From the NCBI GenBank assembly GCA_965197525.1, contig OZ240211.1:864001-928000 (forward strand): a stretch of 64,000 bases of DNA, read 5' to 3'. This document shows, in pieces, positions 43,277 to 55,049 of this stretch. The stretch comes from Nitrosopumilus sp. (lineage in GTDB: Archaea > Thermoproteota > Nitrososphaeria > Nitrososphaerales > Nitrosopumilaceae). Each line of letters begins with the position of its first letter. Position 1 is the stretch's first letter. The notes beneath the pieces were generated by a model. The model was not told where the DNA came from. It saw only the letters and a program-made list of their open reading frames with translations, and searched no databases. Position numbers and translations under genes: made by a program.

Positions 43277-44164
43277 CTAGAATAACGGAATATGAAACGC
43301 TGCATCTAATGCAATTGCTAAGAATATTATTGTAAGATATGGAGCGGTAACTTTGTACGCCTTCCAAGCAAACTCAGATGTAGGATCTTTGGTAAGTTTG
43401 TAATGATATGCAAGCATCAACCCGCCAGAGAATACTGCAATGACAGTGTATATGACTCCCAGACCATTTGGAATAAAAGAGAGTACCAAAGAGTATGGAA
43501 GCAGAATTATTGTGTTACCCAAAATGTATTTTGATGTCTTGTGCATACCAATAACTACGGGAAGCATCGGAATCTCGGCTTGTGCATATTGATCTTTCAT
43601 CTTCATTGCAAGACACCAGAAATGGGAAGGAGTCCAAACAAATACCAAGAATCCAACTAAGAACCCCAAGAGATCCATACTGTTGGTAGCTGCTGCCCAT
43701 CCTGCCCAAGCTGCAGCGCTACCTGCAATTCCGCCGATCACAATATTTGAGGTGTTCTTTCGTTTTAGCCAAACTGTGTAGATAACTACATATGAGAATA
43801 TTCCAACTGCGATAAAGAATGCAGATACTGCATTTAATGCAAAATATCCATATACTACAGATACCCCGCTTACAACCAAACCGTATATTAAAACATGCGA
43901 TGCTGCCATTCTTCCTGACGGAATAGGTCTTGTGCTAGTTCTTGCCATCTTTGGGTCAACGTCCCTGTCATAGTAATGGTTCAAAGCACTAGAGCCGGCA
44001 GATGCCAAGGCACCTGCAACAATTATGTGCAGGTAAGACACATACTCTAAATCCTCAACACCCGGAACTAGTTTACTTGCAGCAAACATGGACGTGACAG
44101 CGGTGATTACTAGCAGAATCACAATTCTAGGCTTGGATATCTCTATTATCTCGTTAAATCCCAA
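43277..44164 (-). CDS. cyoE: Protoheme IX farnesyltransferase
   Basis: NHYYDRDVDPKMARTSTRPIPSG, WTPSHF. Confidence 0.95.
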   Translation of the reverse strand: MGFNEIIEISKPRIVILLVITAVTSMFAASKLVPGVEDLEYVSYLHIIVAGALASAGSSALNHYYDRDVDPKMARTSTRPIPSGRMAASHVLIYGLVVSGVSVVYGYFALNAVSAFFIAVGIFSYVVIYTVWLKRKNTSNIVIGGIAGSAAAWAGWAAATNSMDLLGFLVGFLVFVWTPSHFWCLAMKMKDQYAQAEIPMLPVVIGMHKTSKYILGNTIILLPYSLVLSFIPNGLGVIYTVIAVFSGGLMLAYHYKLTKDPTSEFAWKAYKVTAPYLTIIFLAIALDAAFHIPLF

Positions 44165-44257
44165 TCTATTATATCATATTTCAATGGCATTTAATTTCTT
44201 TTGATAAACACTGCATTTCAAAAGGAATAAGTAACTCAATTCTATCAGCTAATTCAA

Positions 44258-45361
44258 ATGAGTAATTGGGATCTCATGATGCCCGGAATGGGACTAACAT
44301 CTATAGGCTTGGGAGGACTCGTACTATCTTATGCAGAGATAGCTCATACGTTCATTGACGGCATGCATGCTTTGAGCGGTCTGACCATGTTTGTAGGACT
44401 AATCTTTTTAGCTGCAGGCATCTTAGATGGCGGTGTCTCTACTAGTAACAAGGCAAAAGCCACAACTCTGGTAATCTTGTCAATAGCACTAGGATTTGGA
44501 ATGTTTGCCATGACAATGAACACGTCAAACTTTACAGTCACGATAGCTGGAATTTTGATGGCAATCGCATTTCCTGCAATAATTATAGGATATCTTGCAA
44601 TGAAGCATCCAAGTGTTGTAAAACCCATAGGATCAATTGTAGGGATGGCGTCAGCTGTGGGAATCATCATGTGGGTAGCATTCGGGTTTGTAACTCCAGA
44701 TACGTATATCATTCCACAGGCAGTAGTTGACGAACAAGTAGCAGAGGTTGAAGAAGATTTAGCGCCTACTGGACCAATATACGAGATCGATATGCTTTTA
44801 GATTCATCTATTGAAGGAAACCCGGACTATGAACCAGATGTTGCAATGGTGTCGCAGGGGCATACTATTCAATGGATAAATGTCGACACAGTTGCACACA
44901 CAGTAACAAGTACTGAAGGGTTTGGTGAATTGTTTGATTCGAGTTTGGTTAGTGCAGGAGATACATTTACACTTGATACTACAGATTTTGAACTAGGCGA
45001 GTATGAATATTTGTGCAGTGTGCATACTTGGATGGTTGCAACAATAATTATTGAAGAACCAGTAGAGCCGACGAGAGTGCTAATGCCACAGGGATCAGGA
45101 ATAAAACAAGAAGGACAGTTATACTATGACCCAGAGAACATAGAAGTTACGGCGGGAACCACCATATCATGGGATAATCTTGATAATATACTTCACACAG
45201 TAACGTCAGGAACTATAGAAGATGGATCAGACGAAATATTTGACTCGGACTTGATAGCTGTAGGCGAATCATTTGAATATACGTTTACAGAAGCTGGAAC
45301 TTTTGATTATTACTGTATTGTACATCCATGGATGATTGGACAGGTTAACGTAGTAGAGTAA
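44258..45361 (+). CDS. Membrane protein with two cupredoxin (blue copper) domains
   Basis: N-terminal TMs; HTVT...YLCSVHTWM and YYCIVHPWM. Confidence 0.9.
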   Translation: MSNWDLMMPGMGLTSIGLGGLVLSYAEIAHTFIDGMHALSGLTMFVGLIFLAAGILDGGVSTSNKAKATTLVILSIALGFGMFAMTMNTSNFTVTIAGILMAIAFPAIIIGYLAMKHPSVVKPIGSIVGMASAVGIIMWVAFGFVTPDTYIIPQAVVDEQVAEVEEDLAPTGPIYEIDMLLDSSIEGNPDYEPDVAMVSQGHTIQWINVDTVAHTVTSTEGFGELFDSSLVSAGDTFTLDTTDFELGEYEYLCSVHTWMVATIIIEEPVEPTRVLMPQGSGIKQEGQLYYDPENIEVTAGTTISWDNLDNILHTVTSGTIEDGSDEIFDSDLIAVGESFEYTFTEAGTFDYYCIVHPWMIGQVNVVE

Positions 45362-45370
45362 ACTGCAGAT

Positions 45371-45793
45371 TTGCAAAAAATTATACTATCAAAATCAAAT
45401 AAAGAGATTCTAGCCCAACATGCAGAAAGTCAAAGGCCTAATGAATCATGTGCAATATTATTTGGAAATAAAAATATAGTTTTAGACATAGTGTTGACTG
45501 AGAATATTGCAAAATCACCAACGAATTTTACAATATCTGCAGAGGAGTTAATCAAGGTATACAGCATGGAGAAAACCAAAAAGATGAACATTATAGGCAT
45601 ATTTCATTCTCATCCTAACTCAGATGCATACCCATCAAAGACTGATGAAAAATTTATGGAATATAATCCGGTAGTATGGATAATTTACTCTGGAATCAAC
45701 AAAGATTTCAAGGCATACACTCTTGACAATAAGGTTGTAGAGGTATTGATTGCAGAAGAAGAAGAAGAAGAAGAAGAAGAAGAAGAAGCATAA
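45371..45793 (+). CDS. JAB/MPN (M67) metalloprotease
   Basis: ESCA, IFHSHP.S...PSKTD; poly-Glu tail. Confidence 0.9.
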   Translation: MQKIILSKSNKEILAQHAESQRPNESCAILFGNKNIVLDIVLTENIAKSPTNFTISAEELIKVYSMEKTKKMNIIGIFHSHPNSDAYPSKTDEKFMEYNPVVWIIYSGINKDFKAYTLDNKVVEVLIAEEEEEEEEEEEA

Positions 45794-45902
45794 TATGTTA
45801 AAATAACCTTGTTCTGCGATTATGTTCTATTAGGTTGATATCACAAGGTGTAGACATACTTTACTCCTTAGATTAAATAATCCCTTTTTTTACTCATAAT
45901 TT

Positions 45903-46163
45903 ATGGAAATTCACGTATACGACACTTATGTCAAAGCAGCAGACGGTCACACCATGCACTTTGATGTAATAACAAGTGAAAAAGATCACGAGAAAGCCAT
46001 TACCTATGGTAAAGAGTGGTTATCATCAATCGGTGAAGGACAAGCAGATATGACAACAAGCGAATGTCAGTTCTGCCACTCTGAGAGTGCACCAGAACCA
46101 GTAGAACAGGCAATCAAGGAAAAAGGTTACTTTATCCAAAAGATGCAAGGCTGTCCTCAATAA
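45903..46163 (+). CDS. DUF2024-type protein
   Basis: HVYDTYV..DG.TMHFDV, CQFCH. Confidence 0.75.
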   Translation: MEIHVYDTYVKAADGHTMHFDVITSEKDHEKAITYGKEWLSSIGEGQADMTTSECQFCHSESAPEPVEQAIKEKGYFIQKMQGCPQ

Positions 46164-46204
46164 AAAAAATATATTTTTTCTTTTTCTTTTTCTTTCTTTA
46201 GATC

Positions 46205-46420
46205 ATGTTTTTAAAACGTGTTAGAAGCATACATAGTATGTCCAAACACAAATATTCAAAATGGACAGTAGAAGGAGACAAGAAGACAAAATGGATTTGT
46301 GGATGTTTTCATACTGCTGACAACTATTTCAAATTCTGCGATACACATAATATGACACTGCAGAGAGCAATTCAAGCTCAAATCGACGAGTTAGATATGA
46401 CGTTGGTTATTGAGGATTAG
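46205..46420 (+). CDS. Small Cys/His-containing protein
   Basis: CGC...FCDTH. Confidence 0.6.
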   Translation: MFLKRVRSIHSMSKHKYSKWTVEGDKKTKWICGCFHTADNYFKFCDTHNMTLQRAIQAQIDELDMTLVIED

Positions 46421-48549
46421 ATAGCAAGTATTGCAACAAACGCAGATACAAACACTATTGCAATTGTGTTTAACAATTTGATTACAGTGTTAAGGGCAGG
46501 ACCTGCGGTGTCTTTGTATGGATCGCCTATAATGTCACCTACGACTGCAACTTTGTGTACCTCAGAACCTTTCTCACCTTTCATCTCAACTAGCTTTTTG
46601 GCATTATCCCATGCACCGCCGGTATTTGCCAAATGATACGCCAACAGGATGCCAGTTACTACTGAACCCATTAACAGTCCCGCTACTGCAGTAGGACCTA
46701 ACAAAACACCTAATATGATCGGCGCAATTATTGCGACAAGCGCAGGTTTCCACAATTCTTTAAGCGATGCAGCAGTTGCAATATCCACACATTTAGCATA
46801 ATCAGGCTTTGAGTCTCCGGTAAGAATACCAGCATCTGCTTTGAACTGTCGCCTTACCTCATCTACCATCTTTCCTGCAGCTCTAGATACACCGTTAATG
46901 AGTTGACCGGTTATAATAAATGGAATCAAACCACCAATTAACAGGCCTACAATGATTGCAGGATTTGTTAAACTATAATCCAGAGCTAAAACGCCTTCAA
47001 AGACATGAGCTGCCTCAAATTGAAATGCCTGAATCATGGCAAGAGCTGCCAATGCAGCACTAGCAATAGCAAATCCCTTTGTAACTGCCTTGGTTGTATT
47101 TCCTACAGCATCAATCTCATCAGTAACTTTACGATTCTCCTCACCCATCTTTGTCATCTCAACGATTCCGCCTGCATTATCTGCAATTGGACCAAATGCA
47201 TCTATACTCAAGACGATGCCTGCCAGACTCAACATGGCCATGGCAGTCAATGAAGTACCAAATATTCCATACAGTACAGGGTCTGCACCTTCAGGGGCGG
47301 CGCCAGCTGCAATACTATAAGATATGATAATTGCAACCACTAGAGCAATCATGAATGGTCCAGTTGACTGCATACCCTTGATTATTCCCATCAAAGTCAG
47401 TGACGCATAACCCCATTTTGCAGAATCTGCAATCTCGATGACAGGTTTCTGTTTGTAGCTGGTGTAGAAATCAGTAATCCGTTGAATTACAGGAACAAGG
47501 ATAACCCCTATAACAGTTGAACCAAACAGAGCATAAGATGTCATAGAGTCTCCGATAAATTGTGTAATAAATACAAAGTTCAACGCAATTGCAATTACAG
47601 CTGAGACATAAAATGAGCGATTGAGTGGTTTCATGACATCAGTAATATTTTTTGAGCCAACAATTACTACGCCTATAATAGAGGCAACCATTCCAGAAGA
47701 GCCAATCAGAATAGGATACAAAAAGAAGTTTGGTGCACCAATCAGTGCTGCAATGAGCAATGCTGCAAGAATTGTGACTATGTATGATTCATAAACATCA
47801 GATCCCATTCCTGCTGCATCACCGACATTATCACCTACGTTATCGGCAATAGTTGCCGGATTTCGAGGATCATCTTCAGGAATATTTGCTTCAACCTTTC
47901 CTACCAGGTCAGCGCCCATATCAGCAGCTTTGGTAAAGATACCGCCTCCAATTCTAATAAATAGTGCAATCAGACTTGCTCCAATCCCAACACCAGCTAT
48001 TGTGATTGGATCAGGATATATTACATAAAGACCTGTGATTGCAAGTAAAGCCATTGCAGGAACAGCCAAACCAACGGTGGCACCACCACGAAACGCCATG
48101 GCAAATGTTTTTCCAAGACCGCTACTACTTAGATGTGCGGCCCTTACTGCTGCCTTTACTGTAATTTTTAACGATATTACACCTGCAACTGCAGAGAGTG
48201 TTGCGCCTACTGCAAATGCAAGTCCGTTTGAAGGCTGAAGGAATGCTCCTATTATTACTGATAGTGCTATTGCAACAGGTACAATAATTTTCATCTCTCT
48301 TCTGAGAAATGCTCCTGCACCTTCTTTGACAGCATTTGATATAGCCATCATCTCTTTTGTGCCAGATGGCTGTTTTGTAATCCAGAGTACCAAACCGCCT
48401 GCAACTAAAAAGGATACGATTCCAGTAACAAACGGTAAAATTATAGGTAGAATTTCCGTCCGTCCCACATCAAGGACAGTTAGTTCCGTCCCACGTGCAA
48501 TAAAAGGTAAAATTGTAGGCAGAATTTCCATTATATACTTTGCATGCAA
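46417..48549 (-). CDS. hppA: Membrane-bound H+-translocating pyrophosphatase
   Basis: GGIFTKAADMGADLVGKVE, DNVGDNVGD, GDPYKDTAGP. Confidence 0.96.
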   Translation of the reverse strand: MHAKYIMEILPTILPFIARGTELTVLDVGRTEILPIILPFVTGIVSFLVAGGLVLWITKQPSGTKEMMAISNAVKEGAGAFLRREMKIIVPVAIALSVIIGAFLQPSNGLAFAVGATLSAVAGVISLKITVKAAVRAAHLSSSGLGKTFAMAFRGGATVGLAVPAMALLAITGLYVIYPDPITIAGVGIGASLIALFIRIGGGIFTKAADMGADLVGKVEANIPEDDPRNPATIADNVGDNVGDAAGMGSDVYESYIVTILAALLIAALIGAPNFFLYPILIGSSGMVASIIGVVIVGSKNITDVMKPLNRSFYVSAVIAIALNFVFITQFIGDSMTSYALFGSTVIGVILVPVIQRITDFYTSYKQKPVIEIADSAKWGYASLTLMGIIKGMQSTGPFMIALVVAIIISYSIAAGAAPEGADPVLYGIFGTSLTAMAMLSLAGIVLSIDAFGPIADNAGGIVEMTKMGEENRKVTDEIDAVGNTTKAVTKGFAIASAALAALAMIQAFQFEAAHVFEGVLALDYSLTNPAIIVGLLIGGLIPFIITGQLINGVSRAAGKMVDEVRRQFKADAGILTGDSKPDYAKCVDIATAASLKELWKPALVAIIAPIILGVLLGPTAVAGLLMGSVVTGILLAYHLANTGGAWDNAKKLVEMKGEKGSEVHKVAVVGDIIGDPYKDTAGPALNTVIKLLNTIAIVFVSAFVAILAI

Positions 48550-48567
48550 AATTCTTGTAAATATAAA

Positions 48568-48957
48568 TCAAATAGGAGGGGTTTTTATCCGTCTTCGATA
48601 TGGAGGAAATGTTTTCCCGCGTAGCCCTTGTCTTACCAGTTTATTGAATCTTTTACCATGCGCAAGATATGGAAATCGCATATGAATTAACTCGTGGACT
48701 ATTGTATTTTCAAGCGTCTTTAGATCAGGAATTTTTCTGACATTAATAAAGACGAGGTTGTGTTGAAGATAGGAGACTCCAAAATATTTGTAGGCTGATG
48801 TTCTTCGTCCCTCAGTCATCTCTTTTGGAGCATCCAAGACTTGTTTTGTAGTTAGAAGAACCTCAGGCTCAGTAATTGAGAATCGGGCAGAATAGATTCC
48901 AACCTTTTCTAATATTTGCAGTCTAAGGTCAGGGTCAAGCTTCATAGTATATATCAC
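48568..48957 (-). CDS. HExxH zincin-like protein
   Basis: TIVHELIH. Confidence 0.7.
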   Translation of the reverse strand: MIYTMKLDPDLRLQILEKVGIYSARFSITEPEVLLTTKQVLDAPKEMTEGRRTSAYKYFGVSYLQHNLVFINVRKIPDLKTLENTIVHELIHMRFPYLAHGKRFNKLVRQGLRGKTFPPYRRRIKTPPI

Positions 48958-49198
48958 ACAGTATGCGTTTATCTTGAAATGTCAGTATTTTGTATAGACG
49001 GCATTAAACATGTTTGACTCGTAAATAAAATGAATTTGCATTTAAGAGACGGGGTTGACCCAGAGGTTAAAAAATATAGAATTGGATTAAAACCAAGTCC
49101 CATAATGATCATAAAGTGACAAAGGACCTCAAAAGTAAGAGCAGGCCCAAAGCTGTCATTTTTTTAGCAAAAATCAGACACAGACTGTATGACAAGTA

Positions 49199-50281
49199 GA
49201 GTGGCGTTATCAAGTCTTTGCAATTGATTTTCTGAATAGATACCGTTCAATATTTTGATTGAATGTAGCGGTTCTTAGATATTTCATTGCGGCTCGTGCA
49301 CGTTCGCTAACATGTTCATGGCGTTCATACATGAAAGGTTGAATTTTTAACTGGTGCCAACATTCTTCAATTGCACTAAATTCAGGACATCCTGTAGGCA
49401 AATACATTATTCGCAGTCGAGAACTGTTTTCTTTTACAAATTTTTTAAATGTCTTTGTTTTATGTTGGGATGCTGCATCCATGACAATGGCTACCTTGTC
49501 AGATAGTTCCAATAGTTTTTTGACAAATTTGAGAAATGTCGAACCGTTGAATTTTTTTTTCTGTAAAAAATATTGATGTGAGTCTGATATTGCACCATAA
49601 ATTATACGTCTCCGATGTCTCCAAAATATGCTCTGAATATTTTTTGACCCACCGGAGACCATGGGCCGCGCTTTGTGACATAGTCATGCATCAGTTGTTT
49701 CATCCTGTATATACATCTCAAAACCGTCCCGTTTTACGCATGAAATCCACCGTTTCAGGGATTTTTGCCACTCTTCCATCTGTTCACTAGATGCCTTGTT
49801 TTTGTGTGCGGAATCCTGGTACCTTTGGAGTAAAGTTATGACGACGCAGTATGTCGCGTATTCCAGATTCGGTGTATTTTACTCCTGTATCTTTTTTTAT
49901 TTTATGTACGAGTTGTTTTGGAAAAATACCGTTTTTAACACCTGCAAAAAATTCTGTAATCTTATGATTTACTATTTTTGTCGGGCGTCCGGATCTTGGT
50001 TTTTCATACAATCCTGCAACTCCAAATTCTTTAAATCGCATAACCCAATTTTTAATTGTGTTGTAAGATTTGTAAAACAACTGTGCGATTATTGAAATCG
50101 TTTCGCCTTCCTCTATGACATTTAACACTGCAAGCATCCGTTCTTTTGCTTTTGGGTTTAATTCCCTCTTGTAGACACACATTAATTCCACATTCTGGTT
50201 TTTCACGATGGGCAGTAAATGCTTCAAGCTATAAATGTTTCTAGTGTTTTTGAAAATTGCAAAGACTTTTTGACGTCACTC
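49199..50281 (-). mobile_element. IS630-family element with degenerate transposase (49787-50227 + 49210-49662)
   Basis: TIR TAGAGTGGCGTTATCAAGTCTTTGCAATT vs TAGAGTGACGTCAAAAAGTCTTTGCAATT (25/29), TA at both ends; HTH, MDAASQH, YLP...PEFSAIE; frameshifts and a stop. Confidence 0.88.
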
Positions 50282-50283
50282 TA

Positions 50284-51302
50284 ACAGACGAGGTGTCCCA
50301 GTCAGAGAGGTCTCCGTTAAATACACGAGCATATTCGAACATGAATGACATGTTGGTAACAGACGAGGTGTTCCAGTTGGAGATATCACCGTTAAATTTG
50401 CCGGTATTGGCAAACATCTCAAACATGGTGGTAACAGACGAGGTGTTCCAGTTGGAGATATCACCGTTAAATTTGTGGGTATTGGCAAACATGGCAAACA
50501 TGCCTGTAACAGACGATGTGTTCCAGTTAGAGAGGTCTCCGTTAAATTCGTGGGCACTGCCGAACATGTTGGACATGTTGGTAACAGACGAGGTGTTCCA
50601 GTTAGAGAGGTCTCCGTTAAATTCGCCGGCAAAGTAGAACATCTCGAACATGTTGGTAACAGACGAGGTGTCCCAGTTAGAGAGGTCTCCGTTAAATTCG
50701 CCGGCAAAGTAGAACATCTCGAACATGTTGGTAACAGACGAGGTGTTCCAGTTAGAGAGGTCTCCGTTAAATTGGCTTGCGTAGCGGAACATGCCAGACA
50801 TGTCAGTAACCTGGGACAGATCAGGTGCATCAGTGGCGTGGTAGGTCATCTGACTGGCACCGCGGAATGCATTCTTCATAGTAGACCACTGGATGTCACC
50901 CCATTGGTTAATTGAGTGAAGTAACGTAGGTGTGGAGCCACTGCCGTCAAGATTTATTCTCGACAGGTCGCCAGTCATGGTAACACGGTAAGAGGCAGGT
51001 GTAGTGTATGTGTGTGTGACTTGGCCGTTAGAATTTACCGTGGTTGTGTCACCATCACCCCAATCTATAGTCAAGATTCCTCCTGAATGTATATCTACAG
51101 GTATACGTATCTTCTGGTTGATCCCAGTCGTAACCCATGTAGTCAGAAATGGATCATCTGTTTGTGTTTGCGCGTAGGCGTATATTGGAATTTCTGTGTA
51201 TACAGTATCGTGTAATGAATCTAACTTGTCCACTAAAAACATGTCCAGTTGTGTTGCAGTCAACATACTGACAGATATCAAAAGTATAATACTTAGAATC
51301 AA
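50284..51302 (-). pseudogene. BspA/DUF285 leucine-rich-repeat surface protein, interrupted by IS5 (5') and IS630 (3')
   Basis: 25-aa repeats FNGDLSNWNTSSVTNM..MF; truncated at IS630 end. Confidence 0.88.
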
Positions 51303-51313
51303 TGTTCTATATT

Positions 51314-52812
51314 AGAACTTATGAGCAATCCCAAAATATAAGAAAAAAAAACTCCAGTCACAAAGTCAAAAATAATAAAAATATTCCATACAACGCATCA
51401 TCAAGACGACATTCTCATATGTTTGATATTTTCATTATGCCATGCCTGAAATTCATGCGCAGACGTGTAGCACTGCAATGTGCACTGAACTAACTATGTA
51501 GCGGTATCTTGACTGGTGGCAACATTTGTCTTATCCCAGTCTATTACCGGTCTTGGATTATCATTCACAGGCGGTCCCTTCTCCATCTTATCCCACAAGA
51601 GCTCCAGGTTTACAAGTCCGGTTATGATGTTAAATTCATTATTAAATTCACTGACTGTTCCATTGTATGGGGCAACAAGTCTACCGTATCGTTTTAGCCT
51701 GCCAATACTGTGCTCTACCTTTACCCTGATGGAATTGACGTTGTGGTTTTCTTTTTTCTCTTTTGGTGTAAAATGTCTATGATTCTTGCTTCTCTTGTGT
51801 GGTTGTTGGGTAATTGTGCCTGGCAGTTCCTTTTCAATTCCCTTGTACCCCAGGTCCGTAAAGAGATGAACACGATCCTCATCAGGGATATCCTCACTGC
51901 ACATCTTCTCCCACCATATTCCAAATGGCAGTGGACTACTCTCTCTGAGTAATGTAATGTCGCGGATGGATCCCAAAGTGCTCTTTGATGCAGCCACAAT
52001 GACTCCGTTATCATTTATGCATACAGTGGTGTTAAACGTAAACTTTTTCTTTTTTCCAGAATATGTTATGCTTCTCATCTGGTTGTTACTAGGTCTATTC
52101 ACAGGACAATGAGTACCGTCAACCATGGCGATACCTCCATCAGGTCCGGGCATTATTTTTTTAAACTCTTCTTTTGTTTTTGCATTTGCTATATCTTTTG
52201 AAATGTTGCTGGCTGTAGGTAGCACTATACTCAACATAGAATCCATGATTTTGATGTATCGTGATACTGCAGCTTGATCCACTCCAAATAATGTAGCAAG
52301 GGATCCCTGTGTGGGATTGCCTTTTTTGTATATCAACGCCATGAGTAGTGCGTGTCTGAGATACAGCTTGCAGTGATTCCCTGCATCAGATGACCTGTCA
52401 TCATTATCTCTGAACAAGAGGGATTTGTTGTCTTGTTTCATGCATAGTGTTGCCACCATGCACCGAGTAGAGGTGTTCGATGAGATTATCAATAATGATG
52501 CAAAGATTCATGATGCCACATTAACGGATGTGGCCAAGTTCCAGTACCTGCTTGCCAGGGCAGCCTGCCCTGCAACTCCTGATTCAGAACCATTCCGAGT
52601 ATTCCAGAGATCTCGTTCGTGTCTGATGATCTCTTCCTGACGCTTGTTTTTTTCTCTAAGAATTTTAATCTCTTTTTGTAAACGCTTTATTTCTTGTTTT
52701 GACAACAATATGACTGGTATCTTTTAATTTTAACAGGTTAAATCATAAATTTTTGACAGCAATGTTAACGCATCTATGGCCGATCTGAGAATCAGGATTA
52801 CTCATAAGTTCT
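51314..52812 (-). mobile_element. IS5/ISL2-Harbinger-type element (DDE_Tnp_4 transposase 51494-52492 plus 52508-52708)
   Basis: 18-bp TIR AGAACTTATGAGCAATCC / GGATTACTCATAAGTTCT; 3-bp TSD ATT; VDGTH, YSGKKK, TDLGYKG, VEHSIG. Confidence 0.88.
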
Positions 52813-53452
52813 ATTGTGAGTATCTGCAGAGGTTGAGATATTTGGTAACGCCGCGTGGTGTACGTTCTTCTATTGCCGACAATATGTGTAACATTCTACT
52901 CTCCGCCTAATCTCTCTCTCTCTCTCCCCACAACAGCATTCTTCAGACTAGCTAAAACTATAGTCAATATTGCAGTCAGAGAGGAGTTTGAGAATTGGAT
53001 GTCACGTATACAGAATCTGTTTTTATTGTTCTTGGAAATGTACTTGTCAGTATTGTTACTATTGTTATTATTAATATAATTTGCCATTATTTGGGGCTGT
53101 TAAGTTCATGGTAGATAATTCTTGCTGTTAAGGGTCGGTAGATGATTGTGATTTAGACACCACGTGTAGAATTTTGGATGGTATTATATCATCCTCGTTC
53201 TCATACTCGTATACTGTATCCAGAGTATCTGTAAAACCAGCGGTTCTTTCTGTTCTGACCATAACAATCATCATTATCCATAGTATTCTTTTAACTTTTC
53301 TAATACAGGGTTCTGTTAACTTATCGTCGCTTAATTCTTCCTGTTAACTGTCGAGGGGTGAGTGTTCTGTCGGTTCTGTCTAATAATGGGGATATGGAAT
53401 AGATGTCAGGGGTTAAACCCTGTTGTTAATTGTCAGTAGTTTTATGGTGATT

Positions 53453-54652
53453 TCATAGTTCTGTCTTACCCTTACCGAACTTCATGCCCTCTGCAACCAG
53501 CACGGCATTAAGTTCAGTCATGGTAAGCTTTCCGCCCTTCCGTCTGTTGCAGTTACCACAAAGTAGTTGAAGGTTTTTGTCATCATCCTGACCACCCTTT
53601 GCTTTTGGTATGATGTGATCTACCTCCAAATCCTTGAATAGATAATGGTATTTACAACCGTTGCAGTACCCATGTTGGATTCCGTATAACGTATGCTTGA
53701 CATCCTTGGATCGCCTACCCTTTCTTTTTGGTATATCCGTTCTTTGTATAACTTGTCCTGCGCTAGTAATGAACTTGGCAATTCCTGCATCTTTCTTGAG
53801 TCTTTGTTCAATCAACGAATAGGCTCTTTCTGATATATCGCACCCTATCCATTTTCTGCCCTGTTTCTCTGCTGCAAGACAATCTGTGGCACAGCCACAA
53901 AAGGGGTCAAACACCATTCCACCAGTGTAACTGCTGGCTTTTATGATTCGTTCCAAAAGTGCAAGTGGTTTTTGCGTATGGTGGCCAAGCCTTTCTGAAC
54001 CCTTGACACCAGATATGTCAGTCCAGATGTTCTACAAAGGCAGTCCCTTTGCATCATCAAGATATATCTTATAACGTGGAAGTCCACCTTTTTTCTTTGG
54101 GTAATGCAACATATCATTTTTTTCTAACTCCAACATAGATTCTAACGCTCTCTTCCAGATTCTCATATGCCCCTTGTATTCATACTCGTACCCTCCGCCT
54201 GACAGACTTTTAGCAGTTAATTGTTCATGGCTATAATATCCACGATCATCCTTGTTCTTGAAATTTTTCTTTTTGTATTCCTCCGAGTATGGAAGATAGA
54301 CATCATTCCATGTGTAGTCTCTGGTCTTGGAGTAAAACAGTATCTGGTCAGAAATCTTCCCGTATCTCTTGCTGTCATTGTGAGAACTGGTTCGTTTCCA
54401 CGTTATGTCGTTTCGGAATGATTCCGCACCAAATATTGAATCCAGTACCAGCTTGAGATAATGGCTCATTGTGGTGTCGCAGTGCAGGTACAACGAACCT
54501 GTTGATTTTAGAATTCTATGCATCTCCAAAATCCTAATTGCCATGTATATCAGATACGACATTGTAGATTTTCCTCCTACTTTGCCAGCAGTTCCTATAA
54601 TCGAATACAAGGATTCGTTGATCTCTGCAATCTCGGTGCACTCAAAGGACAA
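53453..54652 (-). pseudogene. 5'-truncated, nonsense-mutated copy of the DNA methyltransferase-HNH fusion
   Basis: Near-identical to 56403-57830; CAG>TAG at 54032-54034; lacks DPPF; HNH half intact. Confidence 0.9.
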
Positions 54653-54748
54653 ACTCCAGCAGAATCAGCTAAAATCACGGTTGGCGGAATAAATCGTTGG
54701 AAAACAATTATAGAAAACGCTTCATTGCACAAGCAAAATTCAGTCTAA
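54636..54748 (+). pseudogene. IS6-type transposase 3' fragment
   Basis: LKGQTPAESAKITVGGINRWKTIIENAS matches LDGDTPADRAGIRVKGDNKWKTIIQNAS. Confidence 0.75.
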
Positions 54749-54756
54749 TAGAATTG

Positions 54757-54828
54757 TGATGGTAGTGGGAATTGAACCCACGTCGTATGGGTCGGAATCC
54801 ATACATCATACCACTAGACCATACAACC
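54757..54828 (-). tRNA. tRNA-like sequence with 8-nt anticodon loop (possible pseudo-tRNA)
   Basis: D arm GTCTAGTGGTATGAT; perfect T arm GTGGG-TTCAATT-CCCAC; anticodon stem TATGG/CCATA around ATTCCGAC; weak acceptor stem. Confidence 0.6.
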
Positions 54829-55049
54829 AAAAATAAATTGCCTCCTGCTTTCCGACGAACTGTGCCCAGTCCAACAGGAGGTATGCTTATTCTAATCGGG
54901 TAAACCGACAGAACACACACAACAAGCTTGTAACATCATAATATTATATACCATATATAAGAATATTATTAGCCTAAAGATTCAGCACCCGAAGATTACA
55001 CAGAACCTTCGATCGCAATCATTTTATATAACTATTCTAATACTTAGTA

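Noticed and set aside
48430-48535. Short tandem duplication at the hppA N-terminus (EILPTILPF/EILPIILPF)
   Set aside because: A real local duplication, but in frame and without an evident mechanism or consequence.
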